Assembly (NCBI GenBank): GCA_050298055.1
Contig: JBNKTL010000043.1
Span: 1 to 44,769, forward strand
Length of the DNA stretch: 44,769 nucleotides
Direction: 5' to 3'
Origin: Spirochaetota bacterium
GTDB taxonomy: Bacteria; Spirochaetota; UBA4802; UBA5550
The notes below the pieces were generated by a model. The model searched no databases, was not told the origin of the DNA, and saw nothing but the letters and a program-made list of their open reading frames with translations. Position numbers and translations under genes: made by a program. Shown one piece after another: positions 17,838 through 27,222 of this stretch; positions within the stretch are counted from its first letter, which is position 1, and every line of letters begins with the position of its first letter.

Positions 17838-17975
17838 ATTTTGAATTTTGAATTGAAGAGAGGGATTTTGCCACAGAGACCATTTTTTCAATGTTGAGTT
17901 TTAAATTTTGAATGTTAAATTAAAGAAACCGTTCTTGATTTGACAATTTAAAGTTTAACATTCAAAATTCAACAT
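17830..17975. repeat. AATTTTGAATT-type low-complexity repeat in inverted arrangement
   Basis: AATTTTAAATTTTGAATTTTGAATT ... TTTAACATTCAAAATTCAACATT. Confidence 0.6.
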
Positions 17976-18033
17976 TATCCAAAACTTCGTGGTAAAAAAT
18001 CTTAATGGATATTCTATAAAAAGGATTAATAAC

Positions 18034-19005
18034 ATGACAAAGACAGATCTTCATAAAATCGGTGATACCATCAAGATGCTCAGGGAGGAGATCCACAGGG
18101 GGATCATAGGACAGGAGGGACTTATTGAGGGGCTTCTTATTGCGCTTCTGGCAAACGGGCATCTCCTCATCGAGGGAGTCCCGGGGCTGGCCAAGACACG
18201 GGCGGTCCACCTCCTTTCAAAAATATCGGGCCTTGATTTTAAAAGACTGCAGTTCACTCCCGATCTCCTTCCCGCGGATATTATCGGGACGAGGATATAC
18301 AACCAGTCCACCGCGAGCTTTGAAACGAAAAAGGGGCCTGTTTTTGCCCACTTCATCCTGGCCGATGAGATCAACAGGGCCCCGGCCAAGGTCCAGTCGG
18401 CGCTCCTTGAATGCATGCAGGAGAAACAGGTAACGATCGGCGAGGAGACATATCCGCTCCCTTCACCCTTCTTTGTCTTTGCCACACAGAATCCCGTTGA
18501 ACAGGAGGGAACCTATCCCCTGCCTGAAGCGCAGATCGACAGGTTCATGATGAAGCTGGTTGTGGATTACCCCACTCTTGAGGAGGAGTGCGATATCGTG
18601 GAGATGGTGATCCAGGAGACATCCCTCCCCGAGGTGAACCGGCTCCTCTCCGATCAATCGATCCTGGCCCTCCAGGAGGCCGTGAGGCGTGTCCATATGG
18701 AGAAGAAACTTGTTGCCTATATTACCGAACTTGTTGATGCAACAAGGAACCCGGAAAAGTACGGCCTCAGCCTTGAGAACACTATCCTCTACGGGGCCTC
18801 CCCCCGGGCATCAATTTTTCTTGCCCAGGTTTCCCGGGCAACGGCCCTCATGGAGGGGAGGGAGAACGTCATCCCCGATGACATTAAGAGGGCGGCGCCG
18901 GGGGTCCTGAGGCACAGGATTATTCTTACCTACCACGCGGAGGCGGAGGGAGTCAAGAAGGAAGAGATAATCAAAAACATCCTCTCATCGGTAAAGGTGC
19001 CTTAG
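18034..19005 (+). CDS. moxR: MoxR family AAA+ ATPase
   Basis: GVPGLAKT, QFTPDLLPAD, LADEINRAPAKVQSALL, ATQNP. Confidence 0.95.
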   Translation: MTKTDLHKIGDTIKMLREEIHRGIIGQEGLIEGLLIALLANGHLLIEGVPGLAKTRAVHLLSKISGLDFKRLQFTPDLLPADIIGTRIYNQSTASFETKKGPVFAHFILADEINRAPAKVQSALLECMQEKQVTIGEETYPLPSPFFVFATQNPVEQEGTYPLPEAQIDRFMMKLVVDYPTLEEECDIVEMVIQETSLPEVNRLLSDQSILALQEAVRRVHMEKKLVAYITELVDATRNPEKYGLSLENTILYGASPRASIFLAQVSRATALMEGRENVIPDDIKRAAPGVLRHRIILTYHAEAEGVKKEEIIKNILSSVKVP

Positions 19006-19010
19006 AAAGA

Positions 19011-19916
19011 ATGGAGAGCTGCAGAACATTCTGGGAAGAGCGTCCCCCCGGATCGGAAAAGGAGCTTTTAAAGAGGGTCCGCAGGCTTGAGTACAGGGCC
19101 ATGAAAAACTCCTTCAGCTTTCTCCGGGGGAACTATGTTACCCGGGTCCGCGGCAGGGGGATGGACTTTCACGAGGCGAGGAAGTATGTCTACGGGGAGT
19201 CAATCAGGCAGATTGACTGGAACATTACGGCCAGGATGTGTGAGCCCTATGTGAGGATCTACAACGAGGAGAGGGAGAGGGAGGTATTTATCGTCCTGGA
19301 TATAAGCCCCTCCATGCACGGGGGATGGCAGGATATGAGGAAGATCGAGTACGCCGTGGAGATCGCGGTTTCCCTGGCTTATTCCGCCGTTTATTCCGGT
19401 GACAGGCTGGGGTATCTGACCTACTCGGATGAAGTAATTGATTTTTCACTCCCCCTGGAGGGGAAGGTGCAGTTCATGAGGGCGCTGAAGACCTTTTACC
19501 GGAGGGCGGTTGAGAAACCTTCACGGACGGACTTTTCCGATATGAGACAGGCCGTCCACAGGATACAGAGGATCAGGGGAAAGCGGTTTGTGATATTCTT
19601 CCTCTCCGATTTTATCGAGGAGGACATCCCCGAGGACATCAAATATCTCCAGGCAAAACATGATGTTGTCCTCTTCCATCTTTACGACCCCCTTGAGTAT
19701 AATAAAATCCAGAGTCTTTCTTTCGGGACATCCGCCCCCGAGGGGAGGAAAGTTTCCGCCAGAGTTTCCCCGGGAAGCGTCTGCGGCATCAACCGTGCAG
19801 TGGAGAGGATCAAAGCCGCGGCAGGGACTTATCATATACGCTTCAAGTCACTCTCCACCGGGGATGACCTGGAGAAGACCCTCTCCGGGCTCTTCTCTTT
19901 TCCCGGGAGAGGTTGA
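19011..19916 (+). CDS. DUF58 domain protein
   Basis: GRGMDFHEARKY..G...IDWN..AR; position after moxR. Confidence 0.92.
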   Translation: MESCRTFWEERPPGSEKELLKRVRRLEYRAMKNSFSFLRGNYVTRVRGRGMDFHEARKYVYGESIRQIDWNITARMCEPYVRIYNEEREREVFIVLDISPSMHGGWQDMRKIEYAVEIAVSLAYSAVYSGDRLGYLTYSDEVIDFSLPLEGKVQFMRALKTFYRRAVEKPSRTDFSDMRQAVHRIQRIRGKRFVIFFLSDFIEEDIPEDIKYLQAKHDVVLFHLYDPLEYNKIQSLSFGTSAPEGRKVSARVSPGSVCGINRAVERIKAAAGTYHIRFKSLSTGDDLEKTLSGLFSFPGRG

Positions 19917-19919
19917 TCC

Positions 19920-20429
19920 GTGGAGAACCTCCCCTACAGCCTGGCAGAACCTCTTCATATCCTTCCCCGGTGGCTGACCCTTGTTTTCTGGGCCCTTCTT
20001 TTTCTCCTTCTCGCGGTCCTTTTAATTAAGTATATTGGCAGGATAAAGGATCTGCTCCGCAGGCTGTTGAGAAGGGAGACCCTGCCGGGGAGTCCGGGGA
20101 AGAAATCCTCCGGGATCATCCCGCTCATGGAGAGGATCAAGGAGGAGAACCTTGAGAGGATGACCTATAAGAGGGGACTTTTTGAACTCTCGGAGGTGAT
20201 GAAGTCCCATATTGAGAGGATCTCCGGGCTCCCGGTTGAAGAGATGACCTCGGGAGAGATCGGCAGGTTTTTGCGGGTCCGGGAGCCGGGGAAATTTTTC
20301 CGGGAGATGGACCTCCTGGTTTTCCGGGAGAGGGAACCCGGAAGGAAGGATTTTCTCAGGATGTTCGGATGGGCCGGAAAGCTTGTTAAAACGAAAATGA
20401 GACAGGGGGATGCCCGTGCAGATCTTTGA
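19920..20429 (+). CDS. Membrane-anchored hypothetical protein of the Bat operon
   Basis: Single TM; position between DUF58 and the VWA gene. Confidence 0.7.
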   Translation: MENLPYSLAEPLHILPRWLTLVFWALLFLLLAVLLIKYIGRIKDLLRRLLRRETLPGSPGKKSSGIIPLMERIKEENLERMTYKRGLFELSEVMKSHIERISGLPVEEMTSGEIGRFLRVREPGKFFREMDLLVFREREPGRKDFLRMFGWAGKLVKTKMRQGDARADL

Positions 20430-21429
20430 AGGGATAAAGTTCGCCCACAGCTGGGGCCCCTGGCTGCTTCTCCTGGTCCTTCCTTACCTGGCAGTGAGAA
20501 TACTCCTGGGGAGAAGGCGCGGCATTGAGTATCCCCCTCTTTTTTACGGAAAGTCCTTTGCCCGGGGGAGGTCCCTTTATTTTCTGCCCCTCTTCCTCGA
20601 GGTGCTGGTTATTCTGCTCCTGGTCACGGCCTTTACCGGGCCCTACAGGGAGAGCAGCAGGGAGCTTGTCTCCGATAAGGGGGTGGACATCGCCCTTGCC
20701 CTTGACGTTTCCGCCAGCATGCAGGCCGCGGACTTCAAGCCCAACAGGCTGGAGGCCATGAAGACAATTTCCACGGAGTTTATCAGGAAAAGCGGAAGCA
20801 ACAGGGTCGCGGTTTTCGTCTTCGCCAAACACACCTTCACCCAGACACCCCTGACCACCGACTTCTCCGTGCTCATTGAACTCATCGACGGGATCGCCTA
20901 CGAGATGATCGACCATGTGAAGAGCGGAGGCACGGCCATCGGTGATGTCCTTCTCATGGCCTCGGACAGCCTGAATATGAACAGGATTAAGGGCCGGGAC
21001 CAGGCTGTTATTCTCATTACAGACGGTGAGAGCAACGCGGGAATCGACCCTCTCCTGGGAGCGCGGCTCATTAAGACAAACAATATCAGGCTCTATGTTA
21101 TCGGTGTGGGAGGGAAGGAGCCCGTTGAGGTTTATGTGAACGGGAAGCCCTTTATCAACAGGGAAAACCAGGTACTTAAAACACAGCTTGACGATACCCA
21201 GCTCAAGAAGATCGCCTCTGCCGCCGGAGGGACCTACTTCCGGGCGGAGAACAACGATCTCCTTTCGGATGTTCTTGACAAGATATCCCGGCTGGAGGCA
21301 ACGCCCCTGAACACGCAAAAGATTGTAACCCGGACCTCCTACAGATCGGAGATCGGGCTGCTGATCCTTATCCTCTTCTCACTCTACATGACGGCGGAAG
21401 GTATCTTTTTCAGGAGGCCCTACCGGTGA
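20410..21429 (+). CDS. batA: VWA domain protein, BatA-like
   Basis: DVSASM MIDAS motif, PNRLEA, GTAIGD, ILITDGESNAG. Confidence 0.88.
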   Translation: MPVQIFEGIKFAHSWGPWLLLLVLPYLAVRILLGRRRGIEYPPLFYGKSFARGRSLYFLPLFLEVLVILLLVTAFTGPYRESSRELVSDKGVDIALALDVSASMQAADFKPNRLEAMKTISTEFIRKSGSNRVAVFVFAKHTFTQTPLTTDFSVLIELIDGIAYEMIDHVKSGGTAIGDVLLMASDSLNMNRIKGRDQAVILITDGESNAGIDPLLGARLIKTNNIRLYVIGVGGKEPVEVYVNGKPFINRENQVLKTQLDDTQLKKIASAAGGTYFRAENNDLLSDVLDKISRLEATPLNTQKIVTRTSYRSEIGLLILILFSLYMTAEGIFFRRPYR

Positions 21430-22499
21430 TGGAATTTACGCGGCCCCTCCTTCTCATACTCCTTCTTCCCTGGCTCACTTTCACGGTGATCTTCTTTCGA
21501 AGAAACCTGGAGTCCCTTGACTTCCTGGGCTCGGGAGTATCGGTGAGGTTTATCAGGAAATTTACCGTCTATTCCCGGAAGATACTTTCGGGCCATTCGG
21601 TTATCCTTTTTCTCATGGGGGGGATGCTGATATTCTCAGCCGCCCGGCCCGTGATCTCCGGATCCGGCGAAAGAACCGTCAGGCAGGAGCAGATTGTTTT
21701 CATGATCGATGCCTCCCTGAGCATGGTTTCCGGGGATGTAAGCGGCTATTCACCAAGAAAGAAGATAAATAACAGGCGGGATGAGGCGCTGGAGGTGACA
21801 CGAAGTCTTATGGACGGTCTTGCGGGCTACCGCTTCGGCCTCATCTCCTTCAGCGGGATATCCTCCTTCCATTCGCCGCCCGTCGCGGACCGGAAGACCA
21901 TAGAGACATACCTGGACAACTTCAGGCTCCATATATTTCAGAAGATGGGAACAAATTTTAAAGCGGCACTCCTTTCCCTCATCCACCTCGTCGGGTATGC
22001 CGGTCATACAGGCTTCCAGGGTGTCATCATAAGCGACGGGGAGGCAAAGGAGTATGATGACTACAGTGAAGAGCTTATCACCCTGAAGAAAAAAGGTATC
22101 CCCGTGCATGCTGTGGCGGTGGGCACAAAGAAGGGAGGGGGGATTGATATCTTCGACCCAAAAGACGTCCTGGAGGGGAAGAGCAAACCAAGGACCGTAA
22201 AAAGCATTACAAGCTATATGGTCAGGAAACACCTGAAGAAGATATCCGAAGCAACCGGGGGAGAATTTATCGCCATGGAGGAAAATTCCTCCGTGGAAAA
22301 GATCCTCAGGGGCATAATGAATGCCCCGGGGGGAAGAGTGGAAAAGGGAACAAAGGGTAAAAGAGATATCAGTCACATCTTTATCATGATTTTTGCCCTC
22401 CTCTTTTTTACGGATATCCTGGTATTTGACAACCTCGATTTTTTCCGGGGGGTCCTGGGAAGGGCAGTGGAGAGAGTAACGGGGAGGGTAAAGGGATGA
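21426..22499 (+). CDS. batB: VWA domain protein, BatB-like
   Basis: DASLSM, GTN, ISDGE, VAVGT; second VWA gene of the operon. Confidence 0.8.
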   Translation: MMEFTRPLLLILLLPWLTFTVIFFRRNLESLDFLGSGVSVRFIRKFTVYSRKILSGHSVILFLMGGMLIFSAARPVISGSGERTVRQEQIVFMIDASLSMVSGDVSGYSPRKKINNRRDEALEVTRSLMDGLAGYRFGLISFSGISSFHSPPVADRKTIETYLDNFRLHIFQKMGTNFKAALLSLIHLVGYAGHTGFQGVIISDGEAKEYDDYSEELITLKKKGIPVHAVAVGTKKGGGIDIFDPKDVLEGKSKPRTVKSITSYMVRKHLKKISEATGGEFIAMEENSSVEKILRGIMNAPGGRVEKGTKGKRDISHIFIMIFALLFFTDILVFDNLDFFRGVLGRAVERVTGRVKG

Positions 22500-23326
22500 T
22501 CAGGAGAATTTTTATTGTTGCGGTAATCCTGGGGTCTGCAATCCTTGCCGGCTGCGGCAACCCGGTCTGGCTGGCGCACAGTTTTAATGAAAAGGGAATA
22601 TCCCGGTATGAGAAGAGAGAGTATAATACCGCCTCCGGTTATTTTGAAAAGAGCAGAGCCCAGAAGTTCAGGGAGGAGATCCCTGTCTACAACCTGGGGA
22701 ACAACTACTATATGCAGAGGGACTTCACCCGGGCCCACGATTATTACGAAAGGGCCATTGTGCTCAAGCCTGACATGGTTGAGGCCCTCTTCAATGACGG
22801 TCACTCCCTCTACATGTGGGGAAGGAGCCGGCTCGACAAAAACTTCTGCCATATAAAGAGGACACTGGAGCTCTGGGAGAAGTCGAGAAACAGGTTCGGA
22901 GATGTTCTTGAAACCGGGGGACCGGTCTCCGAATATAGAGTGAAGTCAGAGGTCATATCCGATTTTATTGACCGGCAGATGGAATTTATCAAGGCCAGAC
23001 ATGAAGAGAATAAAGAGCTCTGCAAAGGGAAAGGCGGCGGGGGTAAAAGTAAAGAGAATAATAAGGATAAGAACAGGGAGAGGGGGAGTGATAAAAACAG
23101 GTCATCGGGAGATAAGGATAAGCAGTCCAAGGGGTTTTCCGGAGGCAGCGGCGGAGAAGGGACGGGAAGTCCGGACGGGCTCTCCCCGGAGGAGAGGGAG
23201 AGGGTGAAGAGCGCCCTTCAGAGGATAAAAAGAGACGCGGGAAAGTTCAGGTTCAACCAGTCAAAGTCGCAGCAGATAAGGAGAGGGAAGGGAAGACAGA
23301 AGATAGGCGAGGTTATTTCATGGTAA
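22496..23326 (+). CDS. TPR protein, BatC-like (lipobox)
   Basis: LAGC lipobox, YNLGNNYY TPR, low-complexity linker, terminal Trp. Confidence 0.75.
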   Translation: MIRRIFIVAVILGSAILAGCGNPVWLAHSFNEKGISRYEKREYNTASGYFEKSRAQKFREEIPVYNLGNNYYMQRDFTRAHDYYERAIVLKPDMVEALFNDGHSLYMWGRSRLDKNFCHIKRTLELWEKSRNRFGDVLETGGPVSEYRVKSEVISDFIDRQMEFIKARHEENKELCKGKGGGGKSKENNKDKNRERGSDKNRSSGDKDKQSKGFSGGSGGEGTGSPDGLSPEERERVKSALQRIKRDAGKFRFNQSKSQQIRRGKGRQKIGEVISW

Positions 23327-24285
23327 GACCGGTCAGGATTTTTTTCATTTCAGTTTCAGCAGGTGCGCTTTTTGCCGGAGTAATCATCCTTGTTCTTCTC
23401 TTCGGAAGTACGGGTACCGGTGAAGACCGGCGGATAAGTGTTCCCGTGGGAACCAATGGTTTTTCTCTCATTCAGAAACTGGAAAGAAGGGGAGTTATCC
23501 GCCTGAGGAAACTCTTCCTGTTCTCTCTGAAAGTGAACACTCTTTTCTCCGGAGAAATCAAGCCGGGGATCTATGAGATCAGGGGAGAGTACTCATACTA
23601 CAGCCTGGGAAAGAAGTTCTGTTCGGGGGATGTTGCTCTTCTTGCCGTACCGGAAGGATATACACAGAGGAAGATTGCCCGGCTCATAAGGGAAAAGACA
23701 GGTGCGGGAGATTCCGAATATCTCTTTCTCCTTGAGAGGGGAGTCCCCGATTATGAAGGAAAGCTCTTCCCCGCCACATACAGGCTCAACAGTGAGGACC
23801 CGGAAAAGCTCGTGAAGAAGATGCTTGAAACATATATCTTGAGGACAAAGAAGCTCAAGCCGGGAAGGAATGATATCATCCTTGCCTCCATGATCCAGAG
23901 CGAGGGCGCCCGGGTGAAGGAGTTCAGGAGGATAAGCGGTGTTTTCCACAACAGGCTGAAAACCGGGATGAAACTTGAGTCTGATCCCACGCTCCAGTAC
24001 ATTGTGGGGAAGATCCGTCTCACAAGGGAAGTCCTTAAAAACAGGAGTCTCTACAATACCTATATGTATGAAGGTCTCCCTCCCGGGCCAATCTGTAACC
24101 CGGGACTTGATGCCATCCGTGCCGCCATGAACCCGGAGAAGCACAGGTTCCTCTACTTTGTTTCAAAGAGAAACGGCTGGCACTATTTCTCCCTGGACAA
24201 ATGGGAACATTTCCGGGCAGTGGGATATTACCAGCTGGGACATGACAACGGTTTCAGGCCGGAGCCGGGGCACACTCTGGAATAA
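23320..24285 (+). CDS. mltG: Endolytic transglycosylase MltG
   Basis: EGKLFPATY, LASMIQSE, VFHNRL, LESDPT, YNTY..GLPPGPICNPG. Confidence 0.93.
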   Translation: MVRPVRIFFISVSAGALFAGVIILVLLFGSTGTGEDRRISVPVGTNGFSLIQKLERRGVIRLRKLFLFSLKVNTLFSGEIKPGIYEIRGEYSYYSLGKKFCSGDVALLAVPEGYTQRKIARLIREKTGAGDSEYLFLLERGVPDYEGKLFPATYRLNSEDPEKLVKKMLETYILRTKKLKPGRNDIILASMIQSEGARVKEFRRISGVFHNRLKTGMKLESDPTLQYIVGKIRLTREVLKNRSLYNTYMYEGLPPGPICNPGLDAIRAAMNPEKHRFLYFVSKRNGWHYFSLDKWEHFRAVGYYQLGHDNGFRPEPGHTLE

Positions 24286-24306
24286 CTGTTTTTATTTTGA
24301 TAATTA

Positions 24307-24335
24307 TTGACATAATATTTTATTTTGTGTATAAT
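24307..24335 (+). promoter_or_regulatory. Consensus sigma70 promoter
   Basis: TTGACA-N17-TATAAT exact. Confidence 0.85.
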
Positions 24336-24355
24336 AAAGGGAATTAAAAAATGAG

Positions 24356-24496
24356 GTAACTGATCAGCTCTCTATAAAAATTGACATGTTAACAAGAAAA
24401 CATAACTGATGTGTCCCCGCCGCCTTTGGCGGCGGGGACACATTGTTAGTATTTTATTAAATATGTATATTTTTAGCCGGAAAGCTGAGTAGTTGC
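24356..24496. mobile_element. 141-bp IS66-type MITE with internal 16-bp hairpin
   Basis: Ends GTAACTGATCAGCT / AGCTGAGTAGTTGC resemble the IS66 end at 44265; 8-bp direct repeat AAAATGAG at 24348-24355 and 24497-24504. Confidence 0.85.
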
Positions 24497-24558
24497 AAAA
24501 TGAGAGATTACTCCCTCAGGGGAATCTTACCAACATAGAAAACGAGGAGATCAAATTA

Positions 24559-26211
24559 ATGAAAAAACGTGTAATCATTACAGCTTTAATTGTTACCGGA
24601 CTTATGGTTAACAATCCTTCATATGCCATTAAAATAAGGCTGCACAAAAAGATTGATGCGAAGAAAGAAAGGAGGGACATGGTCAGGGCCCTGCAAAGCG
24701 GCAGCAGGGGAAACAGTCATTTTAAAAAGATCAAGTGGAAAAATTTTAAGGCGGGTAACCAGGGAGCAAAGATGTCCACTATCGGTGAAATCTGCGCGGG
24801 AAACTACAGGTGCATACCCGCCCTTGTGGGTGCTTTTAACAACAGGGACGGCAAAGTGAGGAACGCGGTTTATAATGAGCTTATGCGTCTCGGTTATAAC
24901 AGGTCCCTGGAAAGGGACAGGAAATCCCGGGGATCCTACAGGCAGCTGACTTCTGCCATAAAAAGGAATTTGAATAAGGAGAGAGACAGGAATGCCAGAA
25001 GGTCCCTCCAGAGGCTTGACAAAACTGTGGCCGGGGGAGGGGAGTCTACAGGTCCCGGCAAAAATGAGCAGCAACAATTCAGGCAGGCCCTGAGAAGCGG
25101 GAACAGGGGAAACAGATATTTCAGGGCCATAAAGTGGAATAATTTTATCAGTGGGAACCAGGGTATGAAAATGTCCGCTGTTGCGGAAAATTGTATGGGG
25201 AATTACCGGTGTATTCCCGCACTTCTCGGTGGATTTGAGAACAGGGATGCCCGGGTGAGAAATGCTCTCTATAATGAGCTGTCGCGTCTCGGATATAACA
25301 GGTCCCTGGAGAGGGACAGGAGGGCAGGAAGGTATTACAGGCAGCTGACCTCGGCCATAAACAGGAAAATGAGAAGTGAAAGTGACAGAAATGCCAAAAG
25401 GTCCCTTGAAAGACTCAATGCCGCGGTTGCCGGAGGAGGAAAGACCCCGGTCAGGGAAGATACCGGGAAGATGGAAAGAGAAAAGTTCATCCGGGCCCTC
25501 AGGGACAAGAGAAACGGCAGCAGGTACTTTTATTTTGTCTCCTGGAAAGACTTCAATGCGGGAAATATGGGGGGAAAGATGAGCACCATCAATGAGGTAT
25601 GCAGGGGCAACTATGACTGCATCCCCCCGCTCCTTGGAGGCTTTATGAATAAGGACCTCAATGTGAGAAAGGCGGTCTACAGGGAACTTACCTACCTGGG
25701 ATACAGCAAACAGGGACTGAAGAGACACCATGACGGCAGAAGATATGAGAGGATGATACAGCAGAATATTGCAAACAACGAGAGGAAAGAACGGGACAGC
25801 ACCGCGAAGCGTTACCTCATGAACTTTAAAAATCTCTTCGCAATGACAGTACCAGAAGCTGTGAATGCCAGGGACGTCAGGGGACTTGCAACCATGAGCC
25901 CCCAGATATTCGGGAGGACCAACGGCTACGGAAAGACAACCTTTATTTCCACCATGCTCCAGCAGAGAGGGGCCCGGGGCCAGAACACCTGGAACTTTCT
26001 TCTGGATGCCGCAGTTTACAGGAATGGGGACCCGACCACACAGCAATACATCGTGGGAGAGATGAACCAGGCAGTTTACCTCTTCCCGGAACCGGTAAAG
26101 GGCACCATGGCGCGAAACATTAAAAGAAAGATCTCAAGGGTAAGTAACACCAGGATTAAAAGCCAGCTTTCCAGCCTTGCCGAAAGGCTTGAGAAAAAGC
26201 TCGTAAAATAA
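24559..26211 (+). CDS. Secreted, highly basic protein with three ~135-aa repeats (HEAT-like core)
   Basis: GAGGAG RBS, signal peptide; repeats start at 24685, 25084 and 25492. Confidence 0.85.
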   Translation: MKKRVIITALIVTGLMVNNPSYAIKIRLHKKIDAKKERRDMVRALQSGSRGNSHFKKIKWKNFKAGNQGAKMSTIGEICAGNYRCIPALVGAFNNRDGKVRNAVYNELMRLGYNRSLERDRKSRGSYRQLTSAIKRNLNKERDRNARRSLQRLDKTVAGGGESTGPGKNEQQQFRQALRSGNRGNRYFRAIKWNNFISGNQGMKMSAVAENCMGNYRCIPALLGGFENRDARVRNALYNELSRLGYNRSLERDRRAGRYYRQLTSAINRKMRSESDRNAKRSLERLNAAVAGGGKTPVREDTGKMEREKFIRALRDKRNGSRYFYFVSWKDFNAGNMGGKMSTINEVCRGNYDCIPPLLGGFMNKDLNVRKAVYRELTYLGYSKQGLKRHHDGRRYERMIQQNIANNERKERDSTAKRYLMNFKNLFAMTVPEAVNARDVRGLATMSPQIFGRTNGYGKTTFISTMLQQRGARGQNTWNFLLDAAVYRNGDPTTQQYIVGEMNQAVYLFPEPVKGTMARNIKRKISRVSNTRIKSQLSSLAERLEKKLVK

Positions 26212-26244
26212 GTTTCGAGTTTTGGGTTCCGAAAAAGAGTTTTG

Positions 26245-26378
26245 AACCGCTAAGGCGCGAAGGGCGCAAAGGAAGCCCCCAAATCCCCAGTGATGACACT
26301 TGGCCCCCTAACCCTCAAAGGGGGCCACAGGAGTGTTCGGAAAAAGAATCTTACGCCCCCTCAGGGGGATGGGGGGCT
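26245..26378. repeat. Cluster of intergenic repeats (CGCnAAG triplet plus CCCCCTAA...GGGGG palindromes)
   Basis: AACCGCTAAGGCGCGAAGGGCGCAAAG; CCCCCTAACCCTCAAAGGGGG; CCCCCTCAGGGGGATGGGGGG. Confidence 0.65.
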
Positions 26379-26390
26379 CTGTTAAATATT

Positions 26391-27218
26391 GTGTTTAAGA
26401 GATTATTCTATTCAAGTATAATATTCATTCCCATTCTTTTCTCTTCCCCCGCGGGAAGTATCGGGTATACTGCGGATACCATCCATGTGAGTTCTTATTA
26501 CCTTGAGGACAGGGAAACAGCGAAGATCATTCTGTCCAAAAACAGGAAAGCCGTGTATCCCGCGGCAAGCACTGTCAAACTTGTTACCGCCATGGTTGCC
26601 ATGAAACACCTCAGGATGATGAGCCCTGTGAAGATCCCTCTTGCGGCGGCCCGGATTGAGCCCACAAAGGCGTATTTCAGGCGGGGAGAAAGGTTCACTG
26701 CCGGGGACCTTATCAGCGCCCTTTTAATCAAGTCCGCCAATGACGCGGCGGTGGCACTGGCAATCCATATCAGCGGAAGTGAAAAAAAATTTTCCCTTCT
26801 CATGAACAGCTGGTGCAGAGAGAATAAAATTAAGAACACATATTTTGCCGATGCTTCCGGTATCTCCCGCAGGTCTGTTTCAAATGCGGAGGACCTCACA
26901 AGGATCTTTAAGATCTTTATCAGAAAGAAAAAGAACCTTGAAATCATCAGTAAGAGGGAACATATCATAAAGAGTCTCGGCGGCAGAAAGATAAAACTTA
27001 AAAATTCAAACAACCTTCACGTTTACAGGGATGAATCCAGGGGCGTGCTCGTGGGAAAAACCGGTTTTACAAAAAGGGCGGGCTACTGCTTTACCGGAAT
27101 TGTCATTTTCGGAAAGAACTCCTACTTCCTGACGGTAATGGGAGCCAGCATGGCCTGGCACGGAATAAGTATTCTCATGGACCATGCCAACGAAATGTAC
27201 CGGGAAAATAAAATCTGA
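26391..27218 (+). CDS. D-alanyl-D-alanine carboxypeptidase (peptidase S11)
   Basis: PAASTVK, SANDAA, GKTGFT. Confidence 0.92.
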   Translation: MFKRLFYSSIIFIPILFSSPAGSIGYTADTIHVSSYYLEDRETAKIILSKNRKAVYPAASTVKLVTAMVAMKHLRMMSPVKIPLAAARIEPTKAYFRRGERFTAGDLISALLIKSANDAAVALAIHISGSEKKFSLLMNSWCRENKIKNTYFADASGISRRSVSNAEDLTRIFKIFIRKKKNLEIISKREHIIKSLGGRKIKLKNSNNLHVYRDESRGVLVGKTGFTKRAGYCFTGIVIFGKNSYFLTVMGASMAWHGISILMDHANEMYRENKI

Positions 27219-27222
27219 AAAG

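Noticed and set aside
16950..17891. 313-aa antisense ORF
   Set aside because: Shadow of the RluA gene with no recognisable motifs
20386..21318. 310-aa antisense ORF
   Set aside because: Shadow of batA in GC-rich DNA
18034..24285. MoxR-Bat operon as a novel system
   Set aside because: Well-known arrangement; only the absence of batD/batE and the coupling to mltG are mildly atypical
24619..26046. 475-aa antisense ORF
   Set aside because: Mirror of the repeat protein, which has the promoter, RBS and signal peptide
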